The translations under genes and the position numbers were made by a program. This document shows, one piece after another, positions 1 through 13,263 of a stretch of DNA of 64,000 nt. The notes below the pieces were generated by a model that was not told where the DNA came from, searched no databases, and saw nothing but the letters and a program-made list of their open reading frames with translations. The first letter of the stretch is position 1, and every line of letters starts with the position of its first letter. Origin of the DNA: Octopus bimaculoides (Eukaryota); NCBI RefSeq assembly GCF_001194135.2, contig NC_069002.1, positions 23,405,996 through 23,469,995 of the forward strand, read 5' to 3'.

Positions 1-305
1 GGCTGACCGAAGCCTTGTGAATGGATTTGGTAGATGGAAACTGAAAGAAGCCTGTCGTGTATATATATGTATGTATGTATTTGTGTGCGTGTGTCTTTGT
101 GTCTGTGTTTGTCCCCCCACCATTGCTCGACATCCAATGTAGATGTGTTTGCGTCCCCGTAACTTGGTGGTTTGGCAGAAGAGACCAATGGAAGAAGTAC
201 TAGTCTTACAGAGAATAAGTCATGGGGTCGATTTTTTCAACTAAAAGAACCCTTAAAGGCAGTGCTCCAGCATGGCTGAAGTCAAATGACTGAAAGAAGT
301 AAAAG
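1..305 (+). mobile_element. SINE family A, 3' part
   Basis: Matches 42470-42720 and 57400-57705; 3' end CAAATGACTGAAAGAAGTAAAAG. Confidence 0.85.
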
Positions 306-1344
306 AAACTAAAAAAAGAACAAATTCTAGAATCTTATTTGGATTTTTTATTCTTTTCTGTCTCAAATTGATTGTCTTATGTGAAATAGGCCACCACTTT
401 CTAATATGGACCTTTGCTAAAGAAAGCCTCATCATCATCAGCAGCAGCAGCAGCAGCAACAATATTGTCACCATCGTCGTCTTTGTCATCATCATCATCA
501 TTGTCATCATTGTTGCCATCATGATTACATCATTGTCAGTATCATGTCATCATCATCAGTACCATTGTCATTGTTATCATTATAATTATTATTGCCTTCA
601 TTGTTGTTATAACCATCATCATCATCATCATTGCCATTACCACCACCATCACCCCAATCATCATCACCAACTGTCTGAGCCCAGGATCTGAACACTTGTC
701 CTCTGCAAGTCACTCTGTATCACCATCCATACTCCCGTCCCCACATTTTCCCAGAACCACACTGTTACAGTGCCACAGTGCCACAATCAATATCTGAGAA
801 CACCTTCTGGCCTTTGAACTTTTTTACTCTGGAATAAGTGAATCTCCAGTTGAAGAACATCACCACTTTCTCTCAATGAATTCCTCAATGGATTTCAATT
901 TAAAACTTCGTAAAAAATACTACTTCATTAAGTCTTTTTTCTTTTTCCTCCTCACTTTACTTGCCTTCCTTCTTTCTTTTCTTCTTTCTCCTCCTCACTC
1001 AACTTACCTTCCTTCTTTCTCTTCTTCTTCTTCTCCCTCCTCCACCACCCACATCATCATCATTGTTATCAGTTGTCTAGGTGTTGCAAGGGCTTCTCAC
1101 AAAAACTATTATTTTCAACACCCCCTACCACCACCACCGCCACTTAAAAAAATAAAAGTATAAAAAAAAAGAGAAGAGAAACCATATCAATTACAGAGTT
1201 AATTATACACTATGTTAACGAAGAATTGTATCTGAATATTGGCAATTATTGAAATAGAAGCAGCACCTCTTGAATGGTAGTAGTGATCATGATATTGTAT
1301 AAGACAGAAGAAATGGTTCATCAGCATCTATCATCCAGTGAAGC

Positions 1345-1765
1345 TTATTGTATGGATCACCTTGACTCATTCTCTCCAGTCTGTTCGGTCTGCCATTGCA
1401 TGTGGCAGGTCTTCTTGCATGCATTCAGAATCCTTGCACGTTTGCTTTAAATAAGTTCAATGTGGTCTATCAACGTTTTCACACCCATGCTTTGGGTCAC
1501 TGATGATCTCATCTTTGCTCTTCAGCAATGTCCAGCGAATCTTATTCTTTCTCAGATGATGTGTCATATTGGTGGTAAATTACCATAGAGAAGTTCTTTC
1601 ATAGTGTGTTGTCTCCAGGAGATGTCTATAACAGCTTGAAGCATTCTTGTAGAAGTTCTGCCAATTTTCTTTTCAAGCTGCTTTGTTAGAGTCCGTGTTG
1701 TACACATCCATACAGGAGAACTGACTGCACGACCATCTGCAAGAAATTACATTCAAAATTTAATT
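1345..1765 (-). mobile_element. RTE-like LINE 3' fragment, degraded
   Basis: LLYGCTTWTLTKQLEKKIG..RMLQAVIDISWRQH..RFAGHC, a post-RT RTE-type motif set, with stops. Confidence 0.65.
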
Positions 1766-1979
1766 GTAGCTTAGATTTCCAGACCATTGATAATTTGTGT
1801 AAAGCTGTTCAGTCATTGCCAATTTGGACAAGAACATCACTTGTGTACAAATGGTTGCAACTTGAAATTATTCTACAATTGACACAATACTGTGGAACTG
1901 TGTTTATTGGATATGAGGTTTAAGTGTTGTACAAAAAGTGATGTGAAAGTGGACATAAATGATTTCATTAACTCATATA

Positions 1980-2990
1980 GAGGTTGTTCAAATTACCCCC
2001 ATTGGTAGGGTAACACTTCTTGTAAACAAAAGTACTCTTTCATATGGTTTCAGTCACAAACAATGAATTTGCACCACCATTGAAACCAACATTGGAATTC
2101 CCTTTCAACAAATTCAAGTGTGCTCTGCCGTTCCCACTTCATCATAGCTATTTTCATCTTCTTTGTAACATGAAGTTGTTGCTCCCAATGACTGAACAAG
2201 TGAAAATTAGGGGGCACCAAATCCTGGTTAAATGCTGGATGAAGGATCATTGCTCAGCCCAGTTTCCCAATTACCTGATTTGTTGCCAAACATATATATA
2301 TATATATATATAGGGTCATATATTGTCATGTTTTTCACATTCTCTTCACTCTCTACTTTCTAATGGCTTCTCTAAGCTTTCTTTCTATGCACTGTTCATT
2401 GTTCATATCACAGCCATGTTCCAGAAAATATTTATCATGATTTGAACTTCTTAGGACCCGGAGAAGAGTCATTATTTCCAGGTCATAAAAGTATGCCTGC
2501 ATTTGATCCCTTGTTACCAGACTGGAAAAAAGAGCCCTCTTCATTGGCTCAGAGCAGACTTCCACCCTTTTATCCTTTAAATTAGGGGTCAGCTACCAAG
2601 GTACCCACTTTGCATGCATTTACTGATCTTCATAATCTCCCACCTTCTGTAATGCAATTTGACCATATTCCAGTTGTGCAGCAAACTCATGAATTTGGAC
2701 TCATCTTTCCACAGTAATCAATTTATCCACTCACTTGTGATTCATGTTAGTGGTCGCAGTTGATCTCCTCCCACTGTGTGGTTTATCTTCAATGTTGCTT
2801 TCCCCTTCTTTAAATTTCTTTGGCTCCCATTATTGGTGTCATTTCTGTAAAAACCTGCAGCATTCTCTGGATGTTTGACAGTCTGCACCCTTCCTTTGTC
2901 AAGAATTCTAAGATGGCACATTGCTTCTGCTTGAAACCCATTATTTGCCTGCAATGAAGAAGTGATACCATAGAAGAAGAATTAATTTAC
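1980..2990 (-). mobile_element. Degraded mariner transposon
   Basis: Remnants of KWVP..LT, VTxDxxxxYFYD and HPAFNQDLVPPNFHLF (HPPYSPDLAPSDF-like); many stops and frameshifts. Confidence 0.7.
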
Positions 2991-3379
2991 CAAGCCAGTT
3001 CTTAAATATTATAGAACTGTCTTCATTAAATGCTGTAGAACTGTTCATGAAGCACTATAGAACTATGCTTATTAAATAGTACAGACCTATCTGTGTCTAT
3101 TGTGATAGGCAGTTTGACATCACTCGCTGGTACTGTCATTTTCATTTCAGCATTTTTAGAAATGGTCAGTGTGATTTGTCCTCAAGGACCCAACAATAAT
3201 TTACACACTTCTTCATTTTCTACGTTCAAGCTACTTTGTAATTTTTGGCGGGGTTGTATATGTCTATTTTTATTGCCTTCCTTCTTGAATATATTTTTTT
3301 TCCTCTTCATTATATGTATCTCCCCACTGCAAACACTGGTAGCAAATAAATGAAATTATTGTTGTTGTTGTTGTTGTTA

Positions 3380-3650
3380 GAGGGCATGACCTAGTGGTTA
3401 GGGTGTTGCACTCTTGATGATGAGATCATCGTTTCTGTTCCTAGACTGGGTGGTGCATTGTGTTCTTCACCAAAACACTCCAACTCTAGCTGCTCTCTGA
3501 TCACTTCAACACCTGATGCATGGTACATAGTGCACCTGTTCAAACAAGATCAATTTGATGGAGGGGCAGGTGAGCTAATGAGCAGTACAAACATTTGGTT
3601 TCTGCAAACAAACCATTTGTGAAGGTTGTTCAGCAAAATCTGAAGTCATC
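3380..3650 (+). mobile_element. tRNA-headed SINE, family E-related
   Basis: CATGACCTAGTGGTTAGGGTGTTG head; body shared with 52855-53100. Confidence 0.65.
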
Positions 3651-3679
3651 TTTGACAGGAATGACCACCATTAATGTTA

Positions 3680-3900
3680 TTAGGCAGAGAACCAGCTGAA
3701 TCTTTAGCACAATGGACAAAATGCCTGGTGGTATTTTGTCCATCTTTACATTCTGAGTTGAAATTCTGCACAGGTCAACTTTGCCTTTCATCCTTTATGA
3801 AATAAATACCAGTTGTGCAGTGGGGCTGATGTGATCGATCACCCACTCCACCAAAATTTCTGGCCTTGTGCCAAAATTTGAAGCCAATATTATTATTATT
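3680..3900 (+). mobile_element. SINE family B, (ATT)n tail
   Basis: CAACTTTGCCTTTCATCC core. Confidence 0.75.
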
Positions 3901-3904
3901 AGTG

Positions 3905-4265
3905 TTATTATAAAAAGCTGTTACATGTGAATTTAATTAGCGAAAATGTTATCCTGAAGCTTGGTGGCAACAAGTCTCAAATCTCAAAAATCTTTCTTAG
4001 AATTCTTGCAAAATATAAGGCAGAAGTTAACAATGCATGTCTCAGTTCCAATATCTTCCAGTCTTTTATGTAGAATTTGAATGTTGTGCCAAGTGCACCA
4101 ATTCTCACGTGAACAATTATCACCTCTTGTCTTCCACAGTTTCTTTGTCTCTTTGACTTGGCCCTCAAATGTCTCACTCTTCTCAATTTCCTATCAATTT
4201 CCAATCTACTATTGAATGGTATTGCAAAGTCAGGAATCTTACACTTTTTTGCTTTCTTTTTTTCT
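3905..4265 (-). mobile_element. R4/Dong-clade non-LTR retrotransposon, 3' fragment (RLE domain)
   Basis: Translates CKIPDFAIPFNSR...VRIGALGT...ARILRKIFEI*; ends in (TAA)n on the sense strand. Confidence 0.7.
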
Positions 4266-4399
4266 TGTTGTGTCCTCCACAAGATGGAACACAGTGAAGC
4301 CAGGCCTTCTAGCCTTGCTGTTCAGGGTGATCTTGAACCTAAAGAGGTTCCCTCATTGGCCACAGTTAGAGGTTCCCCCATATCAGAACTGCCATCATC

Positions 4400-4690
4400 C
4401 ATCATTTCCTCCTCCTCATCATCATCACTACCACCACCACCTTCTTCATCATCATTATCATCATCACTACAATCACCATTACTATCATCACCGTATCATC
4501 ATCATCATCATCACCACCATCATCACCACCATCATCATTACCATCACCATTGCTATCATCATCGTATCATCATCATCGCCGCCGCCATCATCATCACCAC
4601 CATCATCATTACCACCACCATCATCACCACCACCACTACCATCATTGTCGTCATCATCACCATCATCATCATCATCATCATCATCATTTA
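4400..4690. repeat. (CAT/CAC)n low-complexity tract (similar tract at 430-670)
   Basis: Direct reading. Confidence 0.9.
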
Positions 4691-4920
4691 AAGTCCATCT
4701 TCCATGCTGGCATAGGTTGGATGGTTTGACAGGAGCTGCACCAGACTCCAGTTGTCTGTTTTGCCATGGTTTTTCAGAGTATACTGGTGGATGTTTTGCA
4801 TGTGGCACCAGCACATGTGCCTTTCATGTGGCACCAGCACATGTGCCTTTCATGTGGAACCAGCATAGATGCTTTCTGTATGGCACTAACAATGGTGCAT
4901 TTTACACGGTGTCAGCATAG
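4685..4920 (-). mobile_element. Family C retroposon, diverged
   Basis: TCCATGCTGGCATAGGTTGG motif; exact 26-bp tandem duplication at 4801-4852. Confidence 0.65.
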
Positions 4921-4949
4921 ATTCTTTTAATGTGGCATCAGCTTATATT

Positions 4950-5350
4950 CTTTCTTTTTACTTGTTTCAGTCATTTGACTGTGGCCATGCTGGAGCACCA
5001 CCTTTTAGTTGAACAAATCGACCCCCGGGACTTATTCTTTGTAATCTTAATACTTATTCTATCAGTCTCTTTTGCCGAGCTGCTAACTTATGGAGACATA
5101 AACACACCAACATCGATTGTCACGTGATGGTGGGGGGACAAACACAAACATATACACACACACATACACACATATATGTATATATACAATGGGGTTCTTT
5201 CAGTTTCCGTCTACCAAATCCACTCACAAAGCTTTGGCTGGCCTGAGACCACAGTAGAAAACACTTTCCCAAGGCACCACACAGTGGGACTGAACCCAGA
5301 ACCATGTGGTTGGTAAGCAAGCTACTTACCACACAGCCACTCCTGCACCT
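4950..5350 (-). mobile_element. SINE family A, full length (tRNA-like head, CORE-like ACCTTGGG motif)
   Basis: Head GGTGCAGGAGTGGCTGTGTGGTAAG..GGTTCAGTCCC (A/B-box-like); internal TA/TG tract. Confidence 0.85.
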
Positions 5351-5772
5351 ATATATTCTCATCTTTTATAAACCATCTCCAATTTTCTTTTCATTTCCAC
5401 CACCTCTCCTCCCATTTTTTCTCCTCACCAATTTTATATAAACATCCACACAAATTGTAGCTTATCTTTGTAATCTTTCCCTCACGTGATGCCCTTGTGG
5501 CAAATGAAAGAAATCCTATTATACTTGTTGTTGTTGTTGTTGAAAATCTATGTTGTTTGCTGTATTCAGTTATTTTAAATTTAGATTTCACTAAATCATG
5601 GATTAGTGACCAACTTATAATATTTCATTTTATTCTGTATTTATTATATTTTTGTTTGTGTGTGACTATTATTTATATATTTACTTAGTTACGATACATA
5701 CAAAATGTTTTAGCAAAGCTGAAGCAACCGATCTCTATATAGAGATGTATTGTGACTTCACAAATTCTACAG

Positions 5773-5820
<48 letters not shown>

Positions 5821-5948
5821 TTCTATCTACATATATGTATATGTCTAGATATGTCCAATTCATGCAAGCATGGAAAAGCGGATGTAGAAATATGATGATG
5901 ATGATGAAGTAATAAATATGTAAATGTAAAAACACGTGTTCATATACG

Positions 5949-5999
<51 letters not shown>

Positions 6000-6613
6000 G
6001 TACATATATGCACACACACATTCATATATATATATATATATATATATANNNNNNNNNNNNNNNNNNNNNNNNNNNNNNNNNNNNNNNNNNNNNNNNNNNN
6101 NNNNNNNNNNNNNNNNNNNNNNNNNNNNNNNNNNNNNNNNNNNNNNNNNNNNNNNNNNNNNNNNNNNNNNNNNNNNNNNNNNNNNNNNNNNNNNNNNNNN
6201 NNNNNNNNNNNNNNNNNNNNNNNNNNNNNNNNNNNNNNNNNNNNNNNNNNNNNNNNNNNNNNNNNNNNNNNNNNNNNNNNNNNNNNNNNNNNNNNNNNNN
6301 NNNNNNNNNNNNNNNNNNNNNNNNNNNNNNNNNNNNNNNNNNNNNNNNNNNNNNNNNNNNNNNNNNNNNNNNNNNNNNNNNNNNNNNNNNNNNNNNNNNN
6401 NNNNNNNNNNNNNNNNNNNNNNNNNNNNNNNNNNNNNNNNNNNNNNNNNNNNNNNNNNNNNNNNNNNNNNNNNNNNNNNNNNNNNNNNNNNNNNNNNNNN
6501 NNNNNNNNNNNNNNNNNNNNNNNNNNNNNNNNNNNNNNNNNNNNNNNNNNNNNNNNNNNNNNNNNNNNNNNNNNNNNNNNNNNNNNNNNNNNNNNNNNNN
6601 NNNNNNNNNNNNN

Positions 6614-6689
<76 letters not shown>

Positions 6690-6794
6690 TTGGTTTGATA
6701 GATATAGATACATGCATGTACACATAAACATCCACACAAGTACAAATATTAATATTTTTTTACACATGCATGTGTGCATACATACACACCTGTA

Positions 6795-6841
<47 letters not shown>

Positions 6842-6921
6842 CACATACACATGTACAACTCCCACCCCCATACATTATATACATGTATATATTTTTATAT
6901 ATGTACATTGATATATGTAAT

Positions 6922-7009
<88 letters not shown>

Positions 7010-7904
7010 AAATATATTAATACTCTGTTTAATGTTTGATGTATTTGTTCAACAAAAGTTCAGATATTTTTAGGTTAACATTTTTCAAAGCACGACAGAA
7101 ACCACATTAACAAACAACAAATAAATGAATAAAAAACAATAAAATAAAGGGGAAAAAGACCCCAAAAGCAAGAGCAAAAACTAAATAAAGGAAAAAAAAG
7201 CAAGATGTTATGTATAAAACATATATGATATGAATAAATGAATAAATGAGAATACAAAAACAATAATAAAATGCAAAAACAATAATAAAACAGTAATAAA
7301 GAATTATATAATGCAAAAGAATGAGGTAAGACTGAAAATAAAAGACATCTAATTAATGAAAGGAAGGAAGGAAGGAAGGTGGTAAGGAATGAAGAAAGAT
7401 GGTAAGAATGGCAGTAAACATTGTTTTCTTTTCATATGCAAGTAAGTCCGTTTGAATAATGTGTGAAAGACTAGAAGACATCTATTATGGCATCGAGCTA
7501 AAAGTTGAGAATGGAATCGGAATGAATTGCTGTTCTTATTAGCTTTGGCTATCAGCGAAAGCTGTTTAAATATTCATTGATGATAAAACTTACATAGAAT
7601 TAAACTGGTTTATGATTCATTATATTTTAACTTCTTTTCTTGTCTGTTGAGAATATTCTTCAACATGTTGTTTACACATTTTGGTAAACAAGAAAAGAAA
7701 AATGAAAAATAAAACAATTTCTTCTTTTTGAAATCAAACTGCATCTACATGGAATTTCTCATAAGAAATTGATGGATATTCTTGTTATTTAATGTTTTCT
7801 TATAACAACAAACAAGGGAGGAGTTGTTACTATACCTGTGAGCAATTTTTGATTTGCTACCACCCACTCACTCATTGTGCCAGCTTTGGAGTTTATACTG
7901 TGCC

Positions 7905-8345
7905 AACAACTGGGTTGTATGTAATAACAAAACAGTTTTGTGCCTCCAAGGGAGACTCTAATTCCACCACAGGACTCTATTATGTCAGCAAGGGAAATTG
8001 TACATCAACAAGCAAGTCTGCTTTGTACAAACAAGAGAGTCTTTACTGTACTAAGAAGGGTGTCTATATGGTGTCAACAAGAGAGTCTGTTCATACCACT
8101 CAGGAAATATCTACTATGTCACCAAGGCAGACTTTACTGTGCTGACAAGAAAATCCGTGCATACCAACAAGAGAGTCTGTACCGTAAAGGAGAGTTTACT
8201 GTGCCAGCAAGGGAGTCTGTACATACTAACTTGAGAGTTTCAGGCGTGCAAACAAGTGAGTCTGTACTGTGCACTAAAGGAGAAGCCCCTGTGATTTCAA
8301 GGCAGTCTGAAAGTGCCAATAAGTAAAACTCTACTGCCAAGAAGG
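7905..8345. repeat. Decayed ~21-23-bp minisatellite
   Basis: Recurrent ACTGTGCCAACAAGAGAGTCT-like unit. Confidence 0.7.
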
Positions 8346-8404
8346 TGACACTCATTCTGACAACAATGGAACCATTGTCACTTACCCTATTAGACAGCAG
8401 CTGA

Positions 8405-8575
8405 TCATCATTATCATTTAATGTTTGTTTTCCATGCTGGCATGGTTGGACAGTTTGACAGAGAATGATATGCTGGAGAGCTGCATCAACTCCATTGTCT
8501 CCTTTGGTATGGTTTCTCCACCTGGATGCCAAACACTATACAGATTGTACTGGGTGCTTGTCATGTGACACCAAC
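8405..8575 (-). mobile_element. Family C retroposon fragment
   Basis: TTTCCATGCTGGCATGGTTGG motif and CAT tail. Confidence 0.65.
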
Positions 8576-9565
8576 ACCTGTGGGGACACCAAGTATCTTG
8601 TAAGACAAAGACCCCTTGGCTGGAGGAGGGAGCTGAACCAAGGGAAGCAGCTTTGTTCCAGATAAGAAGAGAAAGTAAAACAGAGGGATGAGATACTTGG
8701 TTGCCCCAGGAGGAAAAGAAAGGGAAGGAAGGAGAGATCAAGTTAGAGAGAAAGGTAGAGAAAGACACTCAGACTGAGAGAAAGAGGCAGAAATAACACG
8801 AAGACCACCTCACAGGAAACAGAGGGGATAAGGGGGAGAGTTACCTGCCATCTTCCAAAACGGAACCCTTAAGATTCTGCTAATTTGCTGTTCTTTGTGA
8901 GGATATAAGAAATGTGAAATATTTAGTTTCTAAGGTTGAGCAAAACCATTTGAAGAATTATCTTATTTTGAACAGTGTTTTCACTCTAAAGATCAGTGGA
9001 ACTTCTGAATAAGGTGTGTAAATAGTCTAAGATGAAGTAGGTGTATCCAAAATGTCAGCAAGATTTCAAATTTTTTTGATATTGTTGAAATTTCACCTGG
9101 AAAATTGTCTTGTCTCCAACAAACTCAAAAATGTTGAACTATTAACAGCATTAGTGTTTTCTATCATGAATGCAAAATATTCATCTCATAATAAATTCTA
9201 AAATTTCTGATATTTTCTGATAAAAAACACAAGAAAACATTTACAAACATAAATAGGAATGCTAAATCCAAATTAGCCAGTTTGTCATTCCAGTGTTAGT
9301 AAATGGAATTGTAATGATAATTTAATTTTTTTGACAACTTAATTTCCTAAGACTGACCGTATAACTCCAAGATAACTGTAAATATGCTATGTTACCAAAA
9401 TCTGACACAGCATAATTTGGTGGCTTCGGCAAATTTAAAGAATATGTAACATTATTTGGTAATTTATCTTACTTAGGTGTGGATTGCTTAAAATAGCTAC
9501 AATTTGAAAGCAAAAGCCATATTGAACAAAAGCTTTCAGTGGTTGTAGCTATTATTATTATTGTT

Positions 9566-10166
9566 ATTGTCTTCTTTCAATTTTGTTTCCATTTCTTACC
9601 AAGTGTCTTCCCAACAGCTAGGGCAGAGAAACTCTCTGGTAGACTATTAAAACTACTCATTGATAGAGAAAATGAGAAGAAAGGCAGAGGAAAAAAGGGG
9701 GAAAAAAGGAAAAAATGTTAAAAGAAAAGCAAAGAAAACAAGGAGAGAAAAGGAAAGAAAATTCACAGCAATAATGCTCTTTTCAGTACATGTGATGTAT
9801 CAGTTAAGACAATCTTTTGCACCTCTTGCATGGATGGTACACCAGAGGTCATTCTTAAATAATTTTCAGTTCCTCTTTTGATCCTTCCAAGTGCTCCTAC
9901 AATCACTGGTATTGTAACCGTCTTGAGATGCCGCATCTTTCTGATTTCGATTAGCAAATCTTTATATTTTCTGAGCTTATCAAACTCTTTTGCCAGAGAT
10001 ATTATGGTCACAGAGTATGCTCTTGTCAATCAGTAAACACACTTTATTATTTTGGTCTTTCACAACAATATCTGGTCTGTTAGCTTTGATGGTCCAATCT
10101 GTACATACTGGAAAGTCCTAAAGAATCATTACATTTTCTTCCTCAGTTACAGCTTCAGGGTGGTGA
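9566..10166 (-). mobile_element. R4/Dong-clade 3' fragment with 3' UTR
   Basis: KLRKYKDLLIEIRKM...IPVIVGALG...; closely similar to 43720-44310; TAA-type tracts at both ends. Confidence 0.85.
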
Positions 10167-10169
10167 TTA

Positions 10170-10204
<35 letters not shown>

Positions 10205-10499
10205 GTTTATGGTTTCCTTTCATTATAACTTTATTTCAGTTGCTTTAGTACTGGAATCCTCCAGAGGTCAAGAGTAGCAAGGGCACTTTTGTTTTGCTTT
10301 GCATACTAAATTACCACTGGTATTATCATAGTATTAAGCTTCCACATTTTTGTGATTTCAATTTGCAGATCTTTATAGTGAGAAAGCTTTTCATATTCCT
10401 TTCTTGAGATATTTGTGGGATAAACACATCTATTAGACAAGTTCCTCTGTTGTAGTCCTTGATCACAATGTCTGGTCAATTGGAGTAAATTTTTCTGTC

Positions 10500-10500
<1 letters not shown>
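10205..10500 (-). mobile_element. R4/Dong-clade RLE fragment, degraded
   Basis: PDIVIKD...CLID...KMWKLNTMIIPVVI with frameshifts; flanked by (TAA)n. Confidence 0.65.
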
Positions 10501-10536
<36 letters not shown>

Positions 10537-10538
10537 GT

Positions 10539-10591
<53 letters not shown>

Positions 10592-10597
10592 TATTAT

Positions 10598-10810
10598 TAA
10601 GATGGTGAGCTGGTAGAATTGTCAGCACTAGCAGTATTTCGTTTGTCTTTATGTTTTGAGTTCAAATTCCACCAAGGTTGACTTTGCCCTCCCTCCTTTC
10701 TGGGTCAATATAATAAGTACCACTCAAGTACTGTGGTAGATGTTATCAATTTATTCATCTCTTTGAAACTGTTGGCCCTGTGCCCCAAATTTGAAAACAT
10801 TATTATCATC
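10598..10810 (+). mobile_element. SINE family B
   Basis: Same head, core and tail. Confidence 0.75.
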
Positions 10811-10835
10811 ACCATTATTATTGTTATTATTGTTC

Positions 10836-11577
10836 AGTAGTTTTATTTTTATAACGTGCTTTCACTTCACTACTGAGCGCAGCTCTGTGTGCCTTGGGTA
10901 TGTGCTGTGGTTTGCTGTGATGCTCTTATGGTTAATGTATTGAAAGTGTTTTGCGTAGGATGTATGCAGTGCCCAGTAGTGCCCATATTTTATATGTATG
11001 TGTTGTGTTTTCATTTTTTTGGGTAGAGCACTGCTGTAAAATAAGCATGTAGGATCGAAATGTATTCCTCACGTGTCCATTTATGCCATTTTGGTTTTGT
11101 TTGCGGAACATGAGGAACAACGTCCGGCCCTTTATTTTGATGGTCATCGTTTTCGTAGGGTACCTGTCTGTTCATTTCTGTTGTCAGATTGTTTTGCACG
11201 TTCAGATCTTCGTACTTTTTGCGTAACAAGCTTACAGTACGCACTTCTCAGTTGTTATTCTTGGGTGGAATAATACCGGTATTATTTAATCTGTTTGTAA
11301 TTTTTTTGTACATGGTGTTTGAGTTCGGAGATGGTCTGGTGTTGATGTAACAAGTGTGTTTACGATCGCTGTGTGGGTAGTGGAGGTATCAAGTTAAAAT
11401 ACATCATTATATTTGGAAAAATAGAAATAAATTTCAATGAGTATTACTTACTCGGATATAGTTCAACCCTTTGTCAGCTATTTTTTGGCTCCATGCGATG
11501 TCTTTATTTCCGATGTTTTTGGATAAATTTCGGGGCAGTGATTTATCGTTCTCACATGTTAAATGTCCCCGGTGTAG

Positions 11578-11580
<3 letters not shown>
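10836..11580 (-). mobile_element. Internally deleted R4/Dong derivative (5' UTR plus ORF start fused to ORF end plus 3' UTR)
   Basis: N-terminal KWTREEYISILHAYF.. is joined at ~10983 to ALLGTAYILRKTLSIH*; 3' end matches 11779-11930. Confidence 0.7.
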
Positions 11581-11609
<29 letters not shown>

Positions 11610-11778
11610 CTTCTTCTTCTTCTTCTTCTTCTTCTTCTTCTTCTTCTTCTTCTTCTTCTTCTTCTTTTTCTTCTTCTTCTTCTTCTTCTTCTTCTTCTTC
11701 TTCTTCTTCTTCTTCTTCTTCTTCTTCTTCTTCTTCTTCTTCTTCTTCTTCTTCTTCTTCTTCTTCTTCTTCTTCTTC
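11581..11778. repeat. (TTC)n microsatellite
   Basis: About 66 near-perfect units. Confidence 0.98.
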
Positions 11779-12130
11779 AGTAGTCTTATTTTTACCAGGT
11801 GCTTTCACTGCACTACCAAGTGCAGTTCTGTGTGCCTTGGGTATGTGCTGTGGTTTGTTGTGGTGCTCTTATTTTCACTGTATTGAAATTGTTTTACATA
11901 GGATGTGCACGGTGCCTAGTAGTGCTATTTTCTGTATGTTACATTCATTCGTAAGTCTTGGTGTTTTTGTTATGTATTTGTCTGCATATTTTTTTCTATC
12001 ATACCTAATGCGTCTACTATGATAGGAATTGTTTCTGTTTTTAGACTCCACAGTTGAGTTAGCTCTATTTCCAGATCTTTGTATTTTGAAAGTTTCTCCA
12101 TTTATTTTACAGAAACATTGTCATCTGTTG
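11779..12130 (-). mobile_element. R4/Dong-clade 3' fragment
   Basis: EKLSKYKDLEIELTQLWSLKTETIPIIV...QKIALLGTVHILCKTISIQ*; followed by (GAA)n. Confidence 0.8.
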
Positions 12131-12132
12131 AT

Positions 12133-12163
<31 letters not shown>

Positions 12164-12909
12164 TATTATTATTACTATTATTATTATCATCATCATTATT
12201 ATATTTAACATTCTCAGCTTATTGCTGGTGGTTTCAGTAATGTGCCACCTGTTCACTTCTCATGAACAAAAGTGGTATGTTTTTTTCCCCCTCCTCATTC
12301 TCAAAGACTTTGCCGAGACAGTTTGCTGTTTTCTGGATATTTTCTACTTTCACTTTTATTTCCTTCTTTTCCCATCACTCTTCAATGTCTTCACTCACTC
12401 TACCCAGGACACCACCAATTATTTATACCTTTTCCCTTGACCTTAGCCTTTAGATTTCTCTCTTCAGAGTTTTATAATTTGTCATTTTTTTCCTCCAATT
12501 CTGGCAATGTGACTGACACCTGGACAAGCCATGTCTAAGAAGAGGCACAATTTTCAGGTGTCCGATATCTGATTCCATTATCACATGAAGTCCCAGCCTT
12601 AGCGATATATAATATTTTTTCGTCCTATGTTCAAATCTTTCTTGTGCCCTACTTTGTTCAGGGACCAACATGCCAAAGAATAAGCCACAATGTTCCTTCT
12701 TTGTGTTGTAAAATGTTACTGAAAGAGCTTGAGGCAGGATTTGTACTCTGACCTCGTAAAAACCTCACTGGCGATGACCACTCAAAAACAAACCGATGGG
12801 TTGGCGGGTTGCCACCTGAGAGGGCAAAAGGCATCATCTGCCAGGAGTAGCAGAGAATCAGAAACAGACGGTAGATGCAGCTACGTGCTTTTACAATGCA
12901 TTACTTGCT

Positions 12910-13021
12910 TACTACTACTACTACTATTACTATTGTGGCTGCTGCCACCTCCACCACCACTAGTAAGTACTATTACTACTGCCACCGCTGCCACCACCAC
13001 TGCTGTCACTACTACTACTAT

Positions 13022-13075
<54 letters not shown>
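12910..13075. repeat. (CTA)n-rich microsatellite
   Basis: Direct reading. Confidence 0.9.
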
Positions 13076-13076
<1 letters not shown>

Positions 13077-13263
13077 GTATACTGGGTTAAAAGTTGCTCA
13101 AAGCTGGGCCAAAAATGTATTCCACAACGGACTGAAAGAGTGGTAAGTTGTTTGTTGTGTGATTCGGAATGTTCTGTGCCTAGTCCTCGACTGCCTAGTC
13201 TTGTGCTAGGGGCATAGTAAGAGTGAAGGTTAAAAGGAGGGCAGTTACCCTCAGGGCATTGGC

